Notes under the pieces: model-generated
What the model was told of the DNA's origin: nothing
Database searches by the model: none
The model's input: only the letters and a program-made list of their open reading frames with translations
Position numbers and translations under genes: made by a program
NCBI GenBank assembly: GCA_041694995.1
Contig: JBGFRS010000022.1
Location: 16,996-80,995, forward strand
Reading direction: 5' to 3'
Length of the DNA: 64,000 nucleotides
DNA from: Pseudomonadota bacterium
GTDB taxonomy: Bacteria > Pseudomonadota > Alphaproteobacteria > Rhizobiales > UBA4765
Part shown: one piece after another, positions 34,102 through 42,996 of the stretch
Numbering within the stretch: position 1 is the stretch's first letter
Layout of the letters: the number at the start of each line of letters is the position of its first letter

Positions 34102-36283
34102 TGTCTGCCTCTCCGGCAAAAGCCCTGCGGAAGGCTTGGGCACGAACCATCTCGCCAATGTTTGGATAGGCACGCCGCCGCTCCTCTATGTCGGCTTTGA
34201 CCACCTTCATCTCGTTCACGTCCTCAAGCAGACCCTTGGGGCACGAGTTGCCGCTGATCACCCGCTCCCAGCCTTGCTCAACCGGAACCTTGCTCCATGG
34301 CCGCCCCTTGGCGCCGGGCAGTTCCACGTCGACAAAGGCACGCTTGCAGTTGACCGGGCACCAGCGGCAGATCGTCTTCTCACTGGTGGTGGTGCGGTAG
34401 TTCAACGCTTCGATGCGCTCGAAGCCGCGGAACTTGCTGGGCTTGTCCGGGGCCCAGGCTTCGAGCGCGCAGAGTGCCGCGCCGATGGCGCCGGCTTCGC
34501 CGGAATAGGGGTGGATCAGAACCTCCGCGTCCGGAACCTTGGCAGTGATGAAGTCAACCTGCGCCTTGACCACAGCGAGGTTGCGGTGGGTGCCGCCCTG
34601 GAGCACGAATCGCCGGCCGACGGCGCGGAGGTTCTGGAGCTGTCCGGCATAGATCCAGACGTTGAGCGGCAGCACGGCGGCGAGCGACGCCATGATTTCT
34701 CCCGCCGACCAGCCTTTGCGCTGCTGGTTGACGATGTCGGACTGGAGGAAGACGCCACAGCCCATGGCAAGCGCCGGCATCGCCTTCGCCTCGAACGCCT
34801 TGTCGGCATAATCCTCCAGCGGGATGCCGTAGCGCTCGGCAACCCCCTGAAGGAACGCGCCATTGCCCGACGAGCACTGCGAATTGAGCCGGAAGTCCGA
34901 CACCGTCCCCTGGCGCAGAATCATGATCTTCACGTCGGTTCCGCCGACGTCGCAGATCACGTCCGCCTCAGGGAACACGTGCAGCGCCGACTTGGCGTGG
35001 GCCACGGTCTCGACCACGCCGACATCGGTGCCGAGGATGTCCTTGAGCAGGTCCTTGCCGTAGCCGGTCAGTGCCAGCGCAGCAACCTCCCCAACGCCGC
35101 CGGCGCGGATGTCGCGGAACAGCGCCTTGGCATCCTCGACGGGATTGCCCTTTGACTGAACATAGGCGGAGTAGAGCAGCTCCTTGTCTTCGGAGAGCAC
35201 CACGGCCTTGACGGTGGTGCTGCCGAAATCGCACCCGACGAACAGGGGGCCGTCCAAGCGCTTGGACGTGCCAGTGCGGTTTGCTGGCGCACCGTTGGTC
35301 TTGCCGTCGACATAGCGGGCGCGGAAGTCGGAAAGGTCGTTGGTGCCGCGCACGAGCCCCTTGGCGCCGTTCTTCGCCTTCTCCTGATGCTGGCCTTCCT
35401 CGATCCACCAGGTCAGCCGCCCGGTGCCGACATAGCCGCCGACGCCGTGCGCCTCGCCCTTGCCGATCTCGATGCAGCCCAGCGCCGCGTAGTAGAGTGC
35501 GTCCTCCGGGACCTCGATGCACTCGGCGGGCGACTTGCCGTCCGGCAAGACCGCCTTGCGGTCGAGCCACAGTTTGGCGAGGTGGTGGCACCAAGCCTGC
35601 TGCAGGCCGGTGAAAAACAGGTTGGGCCCGCCGAGGAGAAGCACCTGCGGCGTCGGCGTGTTGCCTTTGGTGAGCGTCGCGAGGTTCTGGTAGACAACCG
35701 CCTCGAACAGGCTGGCGATGATCTCGTCCACTGGCACGCCGCCCTTGAGCAGCGTGTTGGCGTCAGTCTCGGCGAAAATCCCGCACTTGGAGCTGATCTT
35801 GTGGAGGCTCAAACCGTCGTAGGGCATCTTCGCCAGGTCTTCCGGCTTGATCCGGAGTTTACGCGCGGTCTTTTCGATGAAGGTGCCGGTGCCGCCGGAA
35901 CAGGCGGACTGCATGTAAACCTGTTTGGCCTTGCCGTTGGCCGACGGCTTCAGGAAGATTGTCTTCATATCTTCGCCGCCGATCTCGGAGACGAAGTTCA
36001 CGTTCGGGTGGAGCTTTTCCACCGCGGCGGCGACGGCGACCACTTCCTGTACAATCTTGCCGCCGACCAGCGGCCCGATCATCCCGGCGCCTGAGCCGGT
36101 GAAGAAGATGAGGTCTTTTCCGGCGGTGAAGCCGCTCTCCCGTTCGATCCGGCCGAGGAACTCGCGCACCATTTCGGCCTGTTTGGTGTTGTGACGCTGA
36201 TAGTCGCGCCACAGCACACGGTCGTCCTCGACGGCCAGCGCCTTAACCGTCGTCGAGCCGACGTCCATGCCGACAATCTTCAT
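34061..36283 (-). CDS. Tandem BadF/BadG/BcrA/BcrD ATPase (CoA-enzyme activase), PlsA activation-domain-like
   Basis: Two ASKHA modules: GMDVGSTTVK...EIGGEDMK...ACSGGTGTF...KCGIFAE and GCDFGSTTVK...DVGGTDVK...QCSSGNGAF...GCGVF; C-terminal CRWCPVNC...GNSC. Confidence 0.92.
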   Translation of the reverse strand: MKIVGMDVGSTTVKALAVEDDRVLWRDYQRHNTKQAEMVREFLGRIERESGFTAGKDLIFFTGSGAGMIGPLVGGKIVQEVVAVAAAVEKLHPNVNFVSEIGGEDMKTIFLKPSANGKAKQVYMQSACSGGTGTFIEKTARKLRIKPEDLAKMPYDGLSLHKISSKCGIFAETDANTLLKGGVPVDEIIASLFEAVVYQNLATLTKGNTPTPQVLLLGGPNLFFTGLQQAWCHHLAKLWLDRKAVLPDGKSPAECIEVPEDALYYAALGCIEIGKGEAHGVGGYVGTGRLTWWIEEGQHQEKAKNGAKGLVRGTNDLSDFRARYVDGKTNGAPANRTGTSKRLDGPLFVGCDFGSTTVKAVVLSEDKELLYSAYVQSKGNPVEDAKALFRDIRAGGVGEVAALALTGYGKDLLKDILGTDVGVVETVAHAKSALHVFPEADVICDVGGTDVKIMILRQGTVSDFRLNSQCSSGNGAFLQGVAERYGIPLEDYADKAFEAKAMPALAMGCGVFLQSDIVNQQRKGWSAGEIMASLAAVLPLNVWIYAGQLQNLRAVGRRFVLQGGTHRNLAVVKAQVDFITAKVPDAEVLIHPYSGEAGAIGAALCALEAWAPDKPSKFRGFERIEALNYRTTTSEKTICRWCPVNCKRAFVDVELPGAKGRPWSKVPVEQGWERVISGNSCPKGLLEDVNEMKVVKADIEERRRAYPNIGEMVRAQAFRRAFAGEADSAAGAEQAQDRHP

Positions 36284-37803
36284 GCCGCTCTCCGCTGCGA
36301 CTTCATCCCGGCGACGTGAATGAGGAAGTTGGCAGCGGTGCCAGCCACCCCTTCATGCGGCACACGATAGGTGGCGCGCTTCACGTGCGGGTTGGCGTCG
36401 GCGATCTTCTTGGCGTCCTCCGGCGTCAGCCCGGTTCGCTCCATCGCCTCGACATACTCGCGCACCGCCCGCTTTTTGGCCTCGGTCAGGATCATTTGGC
36501 AGCGCGACAGGGCGTGAATCTCGGCGTCGCCCTTGATTTCGATCGGCGCGTAGAGGAGGTCGGGGTACCTGCCGATGGCGCCCGCCATGGCCCCGATCGA
36601 CATGGTGTTGGGCATGCAGGCGTAGGGCGACAGTTCGCAGATCATGTGGGCGCGCTTATGCTTGTGGGCCCACAGCGCCTTGCCGACCAGCATGTCGCCC
36701 TCTCCCCCCGACAGGCGGTGGTGGAAGAAGGGCGCCGCCAGCTCGCGCAGTTCGTACTGGTCGGGGATGTCGTGGGGGATGTCGTTGAGCGCCGCGCGCA
36801 GGCGGTCATAGACCCAGCGGAAGGCCTTCTGGACCCCCTTCACCGCCGTGATCTTGGCGCCGGCGTAGCGATCGATCCCGCGATACTCCTCGAAGTTCTG
36901 AACGTAGAACCGCATCCAATAGTCGATCCACACCGCGATCGACGCAGGGTGGACCTCGGCGCCTTCGGCTTCGAGCCAACTGTGGATGTTGTAGTTGGGT
37001 TCGCCCTCGACGGTCTGCAGGTAGAATTCGCCAGTGATCTTGACCATCGGCTTGCACTGCAGCCGGTCGACCTCGATCGCGTCGAACTTCTTCTTCACTT
37101 CGCGCAGCGCATTCACGAAATAATCGGTGGAAAGGTGCCAGACGAGCGTGCCCCACTTCTTGCCCCGACGTGGCCGTTTGCGAAAGACCTCGCAGAGATA
37201 ATCGACGCTTTCCTCGACCGCGCGGTTGGTAGCACCTGCCTCCACCTCGTAGGGCCGCACCCGGTATTCGAGGCTCTGGAGCACGTCGGTGCACAGCACC
37301 GCCCACAGGCCGCCGAGCGTGAAGGTCATGTCGATCTTGAGCCCGCCGCCCTCCGGGGCACCCTGGTCCAGCTGGTCCTGGGCCATCAGGAACATGCGGA
37401 AATCCTCAAGTCCGAGGTTGCGCAGCGCCAGCTCGTAGCTCTGGTGGTACTGGCCGAAACGGCAGGCGCCGCAGGAGCCAGCGGTGATGTAGGCGAACTT
37501 CTTGGCAACGTTCTCTTTGCCGATCTTGTCGGACTGGTCGCGCAGGAAGTTGGCAAGGTTCCCGGCCGTGAAACTGGTCGGGCAGCACTGGCCGATATCG
37601 GCCAGTTCGCGGCCGGTGAGAAGATCGGCCTTGGTCGCCGGCGGCAGCGGCCGTGCCTTGTAGCCCAGGTTCTCGAACAGCGCCTGCAGCACCCGCTCAG
37701 CACGCCAATGCAATCCGCCGAACAGGATCTCGACCCCGCCGATCTCTGTCTTCGTCAATGGTTTGGGTCGGTAGGCGCGGTAGTGAGGCTGGGGCACGGG
37801 CAC
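36280..37803 (-). CDS. 2-hydroxyacyl-CoA dehydratase-like Fe-S protein (PlsR-like)
   Basis: GQCCPTSF, GSCGACRFGQY, RPYE, KITGEFY, GGEG and PYACMPN motifs; AAGGAGA SD before GTG. Confidence 0.85.
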   Translation of the reverse strand: MPVPQPHYRAYRPKPLTKTEIGGVEILFGGLHWRAERVLQALFENLGYKARPLPPATKADLLTGRELADIGQCCPTSFTAGNLANFLRDQSDKIGKENVAKKFAYITAGSCGACRFGQYHQSYELALRNLGLEDFRMFLMAQDQLDQGAPEGGGLKIDMTFTLGGLWAVLCTDVLQSLEYRVRPYEVEAGATNRAVEESVDYLCEVFRKRPRRGKKWGTLVWHLSTDYFVNALREVKKKFDAIEVDRLQCKPMVKITGEFYLQTVEGEPNYNIHSWLEAEGAEVHPASIAVWIDYWMRFYVQNFEEYRGIDRYAGAKITAVKGVQKAFRWVYDRLRAALNDIPHDIPDQYELRELAAPFFHHRLSGGEGDMLVGKALWAHKHKRAHMICELSPYACMPNTMSIGAMAGAIGRYPDLLYAPIEIKGDAEIHALSRCQMILTEAKKRAVREYVEAMERTGLTPEDAKKIADANPHVKRATYRVPHEGVAGTAANFLIHVAGMKSQRRAA

Positions 37804-37972
37804 GCGTATCTCCTTAGGTCGAAGCCACAGAGGAGTTTCAGCTAAGGTTGCATTCTATGCTGGAATTCGCAACCGGCGGTCCGGTTTGGGCCAACAACGC
37901 CATGCCTTCGTCAGTAAAGTCGCCCGACACGATCGCATCATGCGAGACACGGCATGCGCCACCTGAGCTTCT

Positions 37973-40036
37973 TCAGACGTCCTCGCCTTTCTCCAGCTTG
38001 GCGCGGTCTTTCAGATACATCTCGCGCTCCCGGATATAGTCTTCCGTCGTGCGCGGCGCCGGGCGCTGCGGTGGGCCATAAGGGTCGAAACCCTCATTGG
38101 TGACAGCTTCGAGGCGGCAATTCTCGCACATGCGGATGACGTCGATGCGCTTTTGCATGGCGCCGGAGAACATCCAGTGCTTGCCCTCAAGCTTGGCGAC
38201 GATCTTCTCGACCGTCGACTTCGTCCCGAACGGCTTGCCGCAGGCGATGCAATGGTACGGCTCTTCTTCCTTGACTGTGATCGGCGCGGCGTTGAAGGCG
38301 GGGAAGTTCAGGCGTGGTTCAAGCGAGATGATTTTTTCGGGGCACGTCGCCACGCACAGCCCGCACTGCACACAAGCATCTTCCTTGTACTTGAGCATCG
38401 GCCGCTCGGGATTGTCCGACAAGGCCTGCGTCGGACACGCCGCCACGCAGGAGAGGCACAGCGTGCAGCCGTCGACATTGATGTTTAGTCCGCCGAACGG
38501 GGCGCCGGACGGCAATGGTACAATGTCGATGGGCATGGGGGCGGCGCGGTGAAGCTCGCGCATGGCGAGGTTGAGCAGGTTGCGCTTGGCGCCGGTCACG
38601 GCGAAGCTGCTGGGCTTGGCGCTTGGCGTGGTCGCCAGTGGCGCGCGAAGCGTGGCTACGAGCGCGTCGGGATCATCCGTTTCGATCGTTGTGACCCCAC
38701 CACTTCCGTATCCCAGCGCAGATAGAGCGATTTCTGCAACGGCGAGCGTGCGACGGATGCCCTCGATGTCGTGCTTGGGCTTGGCCCGCAGGAGGAGGCG
38801 AACGCCTGCCGCGCCATAGGCGAAGGCGGCTGCAAGCGCTTCGAGCCCCACCTGGGTGACCTCGTTGACCTCGAGCGGCAGCACATGCGCGGGCAAGCCG
38901 TCGCTGAAGCGCGCAGCCGCATCAATCAGCGCCGCTCCGTGGTCGCCGTCGTGCAGGAGAACGATGGCATTGGCACCGCCTGCCTGGCGATAGGTCGTGA
39001 TCAGCGCGCGCAGCTTGCGCAGAAGCGCATCGGCGTGCGGGAGTGCGTACTCCGCGGCGCCGGTCGGGCAGACGGCAGCGCACGCGCCACAGCCGGCGCA
39101 CACGGCCGCGTCGATGACGACGGCATCGCCGCCAGGCGAGATCGCGCCCGTCGGGCACAGCTCGAGGCAGCGCGTGCATCCCGTCTTCTTCGAGCGGGAA
39201 TGCGCGCAGAGATTGGGGCGGAACTCGATGAAGCGCGGCTTGTCGAAGGTGCCGACGAGGTCGGCCGTGGCGAAAACCGCTTCGGCCACCGCGACGGGAC
39301 TCGCCGGGTCGGCGCGCACGTAGCCCGGACGCAACTCGGATGCGGGAAAGAGGGGGGGTGCTCCCGTAAGGTCAAGGACGATGTCGCAGGTTGACACCGC
39401 TCCGTCGCGCTTCGTCCCGAAGACATAGGCATTCCGCGACGACGGCGAGGGCTCGGCAAACCCGTCGATGGTCAGTTCGAACTGGCCGAGATGGCCTTTC
39501 GCGGTACGGACACGCCCGGCCCGCACGGGGTAAGCCGTGCGTCGTGGTGGCAGGATGCCGTCGCTCGCGGCGAGCAGCACGGTGACGTCGAGCCGGTCCT
39601 TCAGCTTCTCCGCGGCGGCGATGGCCGTCTGATCGCGACCCAAGATGAGCACGACGCCTTCACTTTCGAGCGTGACGATCGGGACGGGTTCGGCCGTCTC
39701 GACGGCGGCGGCGACGAGGGCGGCCATTTTCGGCCCGGCGGCGCCTGCTTCGCTCGACCAGCCAGCGGTCTCGCGGATGTTGGCATAGGTGACCGGAATC
39801 GTACGCTGATCGTCTTCGAGCGTATCCTCGAACAGCGGCGCCTCTTGCGTGCAGCCGACGATGAGGCCGTCGGCCTTGGCGGCGATCGCGCGAAAGCGGC
39901 CGATCTCGGCGCGGCACAGCTGGGTTGCACCTTCGACCTTGGCCCCCTTGCAGGCGGCCGCGATGCGCTCATCGTCCGGGGCCATCGTCCCTTCGCAGGA
40001 GCACAATAGAATCGTACGGCGCGAGATGTCGGTCAT
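37973..40036 (-). CDS. Multi-[4Fe-4S] protein of the FDH accessory locus
   Basis: CSC..LC..GCTQE..NIRE N-terminus; four ferredoxin motifs (GCTRCLELCP, CAGCGACAAVCP, CTLCLSCVAACP, CVQCGLCVATCP); CIAC..CENC. Confidence 0.9.
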   Translation of the reverse strand: MTDISRRTILLCSCEGTMAPDDERIAAACKGAKVEGATQLCRAEIGRFRAIAAKADGLIVGCTQEAPLFEDTLEDDQRTIPVTYANIRETAGWSSEAGAAGPKMAALVAAAVETAEPVPIVTLESEGVVLILGRDQTAIAAAEKLKDRLDVTVLLAASDGILPPRRTAYPVRAGRVRTAKGHLGQFELTIDGFAEPSPSSRNAYVFGTKRDGAVSTCDIVLDLTGAPPLFPASELRPGYVRADPASPVAVAEAVFATADLVGTFDKPRFIEFRPNLCAHSRSKKTGCTRCLELCPTGAISPGGDAVVIDAAVCAGCGACAAVCPTGAAEYALPHADALLRKLRALITTYRQAGGANAIVLLHDGDHGAALIDAAARFSDGLPAHVLPLEVNEVTQVGLEALAAAFAYGAAGVRLLLRAKPKHDIEGIRRTLAVAEIALSALGYGSGGVTTIETDDPDALVATLRAPLATTPSAKPSSFAVTGAKRNLLNLAMRELHRAAPMPIDIVPLPSGAPFGGLNINVDGCTLCLSCVAACPTQALSDNPERPMLKYKEDACVQCGLCVATCPEKIISLEPRLNFPAFNAAPITVKEEEPYHCIACGKPFGTKSTVEKIVAKLEGKHWMFSGAMQKRIDVIRMCENCRLEAVTNEGFDPYGPPQRPAPRTTEDYIREREMYLKDRAKLEKGEDV

Positions 40037-40081
40037 CGTGGCGAGTTCTCCCCCGAAAGCGGGAGGTGCGGTCCCCCGTCG

Positions 40082-40109
40082 TTGCGGACTTATCGGCGTG
40101 TCCTATAAC
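40082..40109 (+). promoter_or_regulatory. Candidate sigma70 promoter overlapped by an imperfect palindrome
   Basis: TTGCGG-N16-TATAAC; TTATCG-N7-CTATAA at 40090-40108 in the divergent intergenic region. Confidence 0.45.
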
Positions 40110-40176
40110 TGACGCAAACAAACAACAACGCCCCGGGCGAGGGGGCGTGCGGCGTGGGCGCTGCGCGGGAGAGGAC

Positions 40177-40938
40177 ATGACGACGGCCGCTTTCGATGTC
40201 GGGACCGGCGCGGCGATGCTCGATTTGCCGCCACTCTTCTCGGAAATCGCTCTGCGCGAACTGGGCGATGCGTTCGCGCATGCCCGGGACATCGCTGCGA
40301 CGCGGGGGGCGGGCACGCTCGTTTGGGTGCGACGATTCGACGTCGCGGAATTCGCCGTGGTCCTGGAGCCCGACGAGCCGCTCGCCGCGGCGCGGCGTGC
40401 GCTGTATGTCGGTCTGGCCGCCATGGGCGATGCGCTCGCGAGCTATGTGCCGCCGGAGAAACCCGTCACATTTGATTGGCCGGACCAGATACGTCTCGAC
40501 GGCGCCATCGTCGGTGGCGGGCGCATCGCGTGGCCGCACGGGACCGCCGAGACGGAAGTGCCGGCCTGGATGGTTTTCGGCGGCATGCTGCGCACCGTCG
40601 TGCTCGGAGAAACCGAGAGCGGCTTCTTCAAGCTCGGTTCCGCGCTCGAGCTCGAAGGCGTCGCTGCGCCCGAACCGAAGATCCTGATCGAGAGCTTCGC
40701 GCGCCATCTCATGCTGCATGTCGATGCCATCGGCGAGCGCGGCTTCAAGAAGGTCGGCGAGCAGTGGCTGGCGCGCTTGCCGCGCGAGACGGGCGTGCGC
40801 CGCGCCATCGATGGAAACGGCGACCTGCTTGTCCGTCGTGCGGGCGTCACAGGGGCGGCGGAACGTTCGCCGCTGCTGTCGCGGCTCGCCAGCCCGCCGC
40901 AATGGCTCGATCCTGAGACCGGGATGCCGTGGCTATGA
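40177..40938 (+). CDS. Biotin/lipoate-protein ligase-like protein, FDH-associated
   Basis: GAGTLVW, AVVLEP and WPDQIRLDGAIVGG (aligns with BirA KWPND...KxxG); GGAGAGG SD. Confidence 0.78.
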   Translation: MTTAAFDVGTGAAMLDLPPLFSEIALRELGDAFAHARDIAATRGAGTLVWVRRFDVAEFAVVLEPDEPLAAARRALYVGLAAMGDALASYVPPEKPVTFDWPDQIRLDGAIVGGGRIAWPHGTAETEVPAWMVFGGMLRTVVLGETESGFFKLGSALELEGVAAPEPKILIESFARHLMLHVDAIGERGFKKVGEQWLARLPRETGVRRAIDGNGDLLVRRAGVTGAAERSPLLSRLASPPQWLDPETGMPWL

Positions 40939-41468
40939 AGCTTCTGCGCACCATTCGCCTCGATCCGTCGGATAGCTTCGTCTTCGACCTTGCGGCCGCT
41001 GCTGGCGAATGGGCGGTGCCCGGATCGTTCCTGTTCTGGGACCGCGATCCGACGACGTTCGTCGGCAAGGAGCGCACGGCGTTCCGTGCGGGCTTTCTCG
41101 GCATCGTGTCGTTCGGTTTCTCCACGCTTGCTGTGGTGCACGAGGTGACGGAAGCCGAGCGCGAGGCCGCGGTGCAGCTCCTCGCCGAGCAGTTCGTCGC
41201 CCGTCTCGGGGCTCCGGACGTCGCGACGGCACTGCCAGCCGCACGCGAAGAGATCGCCTTCGCGGAAAGCCTGTGCGACCACGCGCCGCAAACCCTCGTC
41301 GCGCTGCACCGCACGCTCGAAGATGGCGCCATCCGCGAGCAGTTCCGCACCCTGAAGCCGGGCAAGCCGGTGAATGCGGTGCGCGCCTTCTCCTTCGTTG
41401 ACGTTGATGAAGGTTCCGTCGAAGAGCGGATCGACCTTTCGGCACTCATCCCGGAGAGGCGCGCATGA
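40935..41468 (+). CDS. Conserved FDH-locus protein (DUF6505-like)
   Basis: RTIRLDPSDSFVF...AAGEWAVPG...AFRAGFLG; ATGA-coupled to neighbours. Confidence 0.72.
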   Translation: MKLLRTIRLDPSDSFVFDLAAAAGEWAVPGSFLFWDRDPTTFVGKERTAFRAGFLGIVSFGFSTLAVVHEVTEAEREAAVQLLAEQFVARLGAPDVATALPAAREEIAFAESLCDHAPQTLVALHRTLEDGAIREQFRTLKPGKPVNAVRAFSFVDVDEGSVEERIDLSALIPERRA

Positions 41469-42475
41469 AGGAGTTCTGGGTCTCCTCCGGTCATCATCTC
41501 CTCGACGTCGATGAGGGCGGCGGCCTCGTCGTCACAGACGATTTCCTGAAGGTCTATTTCGCGCGGCCCGAGATCGTCCCGCCGACCGAGGCCTGCCAGG
41601 CGGAACTCGCCCTCTACGCCAAGATGCTGCGCGATCCGCGCGCTGCCGTCCCGTCGACCGAGATCGCCGCCATCCTCGACGCCGATGCGCGCGAGAATTG
41701 GGCGGTCATTCTCGCGTTTCGCGATCACCTGCTGCGGCATCGCACCCTCGAGGCCGCCTATGTCGCGCTGGTGAAAAACGGGATGGGGCGGACGCCGCCG
41801 CTTTTCGTCGATCAGCTGGTGCATGTGATCTTGCGCAACGCCCTGCACGAAGTGGAAGACGCCTATGTGCTGCGTGCGGCCGAAACCTTTTTCCGCCTGC
41901 AAAAACTCACGCAGCACGAGGGCACCATACTGCTCGCGGACGAAGAGACCGTTGCGCAATTCGATGGAAATCCCCACGCTTCGCCGCTCGTCGCCATGTT
42001 CGGCGGCGCGACCATTGTCGAGCTTGACGTCCTCAACGACGACAACGCCGCTCGCTACCAGTCCCGTTCCGATGGTTTCGACATGGTCCTCGACTTCGGC
42101 ACCAACCGGCGTGGCCGACGCGGTTTTGCAACCGTGGTCGAGCATTGGGTGCGACATCTTCTCGGTATCGAGGTCACGGTCGAGCCGATCCCGGCGATCG
42201 AGAACGAGGCATGGACGTGGTTCGTCGGGCTCGATACCGAGGCAACCCGCATCGGTAACGCGATCTGGAACGGCGAACCCGTCGATCCCGATGCACTCGA
42301 ACGGATCGTCGCGCTGTTCCGCCTGACCTTTCGCGATCCGGCGCAGATGCTGCCGCATGTCGCCGGCGCTCCGGTCTACTTGATCCTCGCGACCACGCCG
42401 GATCGGATCGTGCGCGTGAAGCCGCAGAACCTCGTCATCGGCCTGCCGGTCGGCCAGGCCGCGATTGCGAGCTAG
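41465..42475 (+). CDS. Conserved FDH-locus protein (DUF6352-like)
   Basis: FWVSSGHHLL...RPE...ENW...WFVGLD...KPQNL. Confidence 0.72.
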   Translation: MKEFWVSSGHHLLDVDEGGGLVVTDDFLKVYFARPEIVPPTEACQAELALYAKMLRDPRAAVPSTEIAAILDADARENWAVILAFRDHLLRHRTLEAAYVALVKNGMGRTPPLFVDQLVHVILRNALHEVEDAYVLRAAETFFRLQKLTQHEGTILLADEETVAQFDGNPHASPLVAMFGGATIVELDVLNDDNAARYQSRSDGFDMVLDFGTNRRGRRGFATVVEHWVRHLLGIEVTVEPIPAIENEAWTWFVGLDTEATRIGNAIWNGEPVDPDALERIVALFRLTFRDPAQMLPHVAGAPVYLILATTPDRIVRVKPQNLVIGLPVGQAAIAS

Positions 42476-42477
42476 CC

Positions 42478-42996
42478 ATGCCGGTTGGATACACGGACGT
42501 CGGCGTCGTCGTCGCCAAGCGCAAGCTGAAGGGCCCGTGGGCCGATCACGCCTGGCTGCCGGTCGCCGTCTTGCCCGAGCCGCCGGCGGCTGCGCCGTGG
42601 ACGCCGCTGGGCCGTGACGGCGATGACGAGCTCTTTTATCTCGGTTCGGCCGCTCTCGAATTCCACACCGTGGAGACGGGCAACTACCGCGACAACCTGC
42701 TCACCGATACGCCGCGGCTGTGGGTTGCGATCCGTCCGAGCCTCGGCGACACCCCAGTCGAGCTGGTCATGGTCACGGCAGATCCGGCCGAGGGCGAAGC
42801 GTTGACGGAGCCCGGGACCGACATCGTCGAAACCGTGCCGATGCCGCCCGAGGTTGCCGCAATGCTCGCATCGTTTTACGCCGAGCATCACGTCGAGCGT
42901 GTGTTCGTGAAGCGCAAGCGCGATCGCGCCAATCCCGAAGCTCTGGCAGGCGGCGGGCAGCAGGGACGGCGCCCCCGTCAGGACGAGGCAGGATGA
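42478..42996 (+). CDS. DUF3305-like protein
   Basis: PWADHAWLPVAVLP, YRDNL, TADPAEGE and FVKRKRD motifs. Confidence 0.8.
   Translation: MPVGYTDVGVVVAKRKLKGPWADHAWLPVAVLPEPPAAAPWTPLGRDGDDELFYLGSAALEFHTVETGNYRDNLLTDTPRLWVAIRPSLGDTPVELVMVTADPAEGEALTEPGTDIVETVPMPPEVAAMLASFYAEHHVERVFVKRKRDRANPEALAGGGQQGRRPRQDEAG

Noticed and set aside
34090..34130. Programmed ribosomal frameshift joining the activase and DUF2229 genes
   Set aside because: No convincing slippery heptamer; an SD plus GTG start explains the second frame more simply
37845..37870. Sigma54 promoter for the PlsAR-like operon
   Set aside because: CAGCATAGAATGCA lacks the -24 GG and correct spacing
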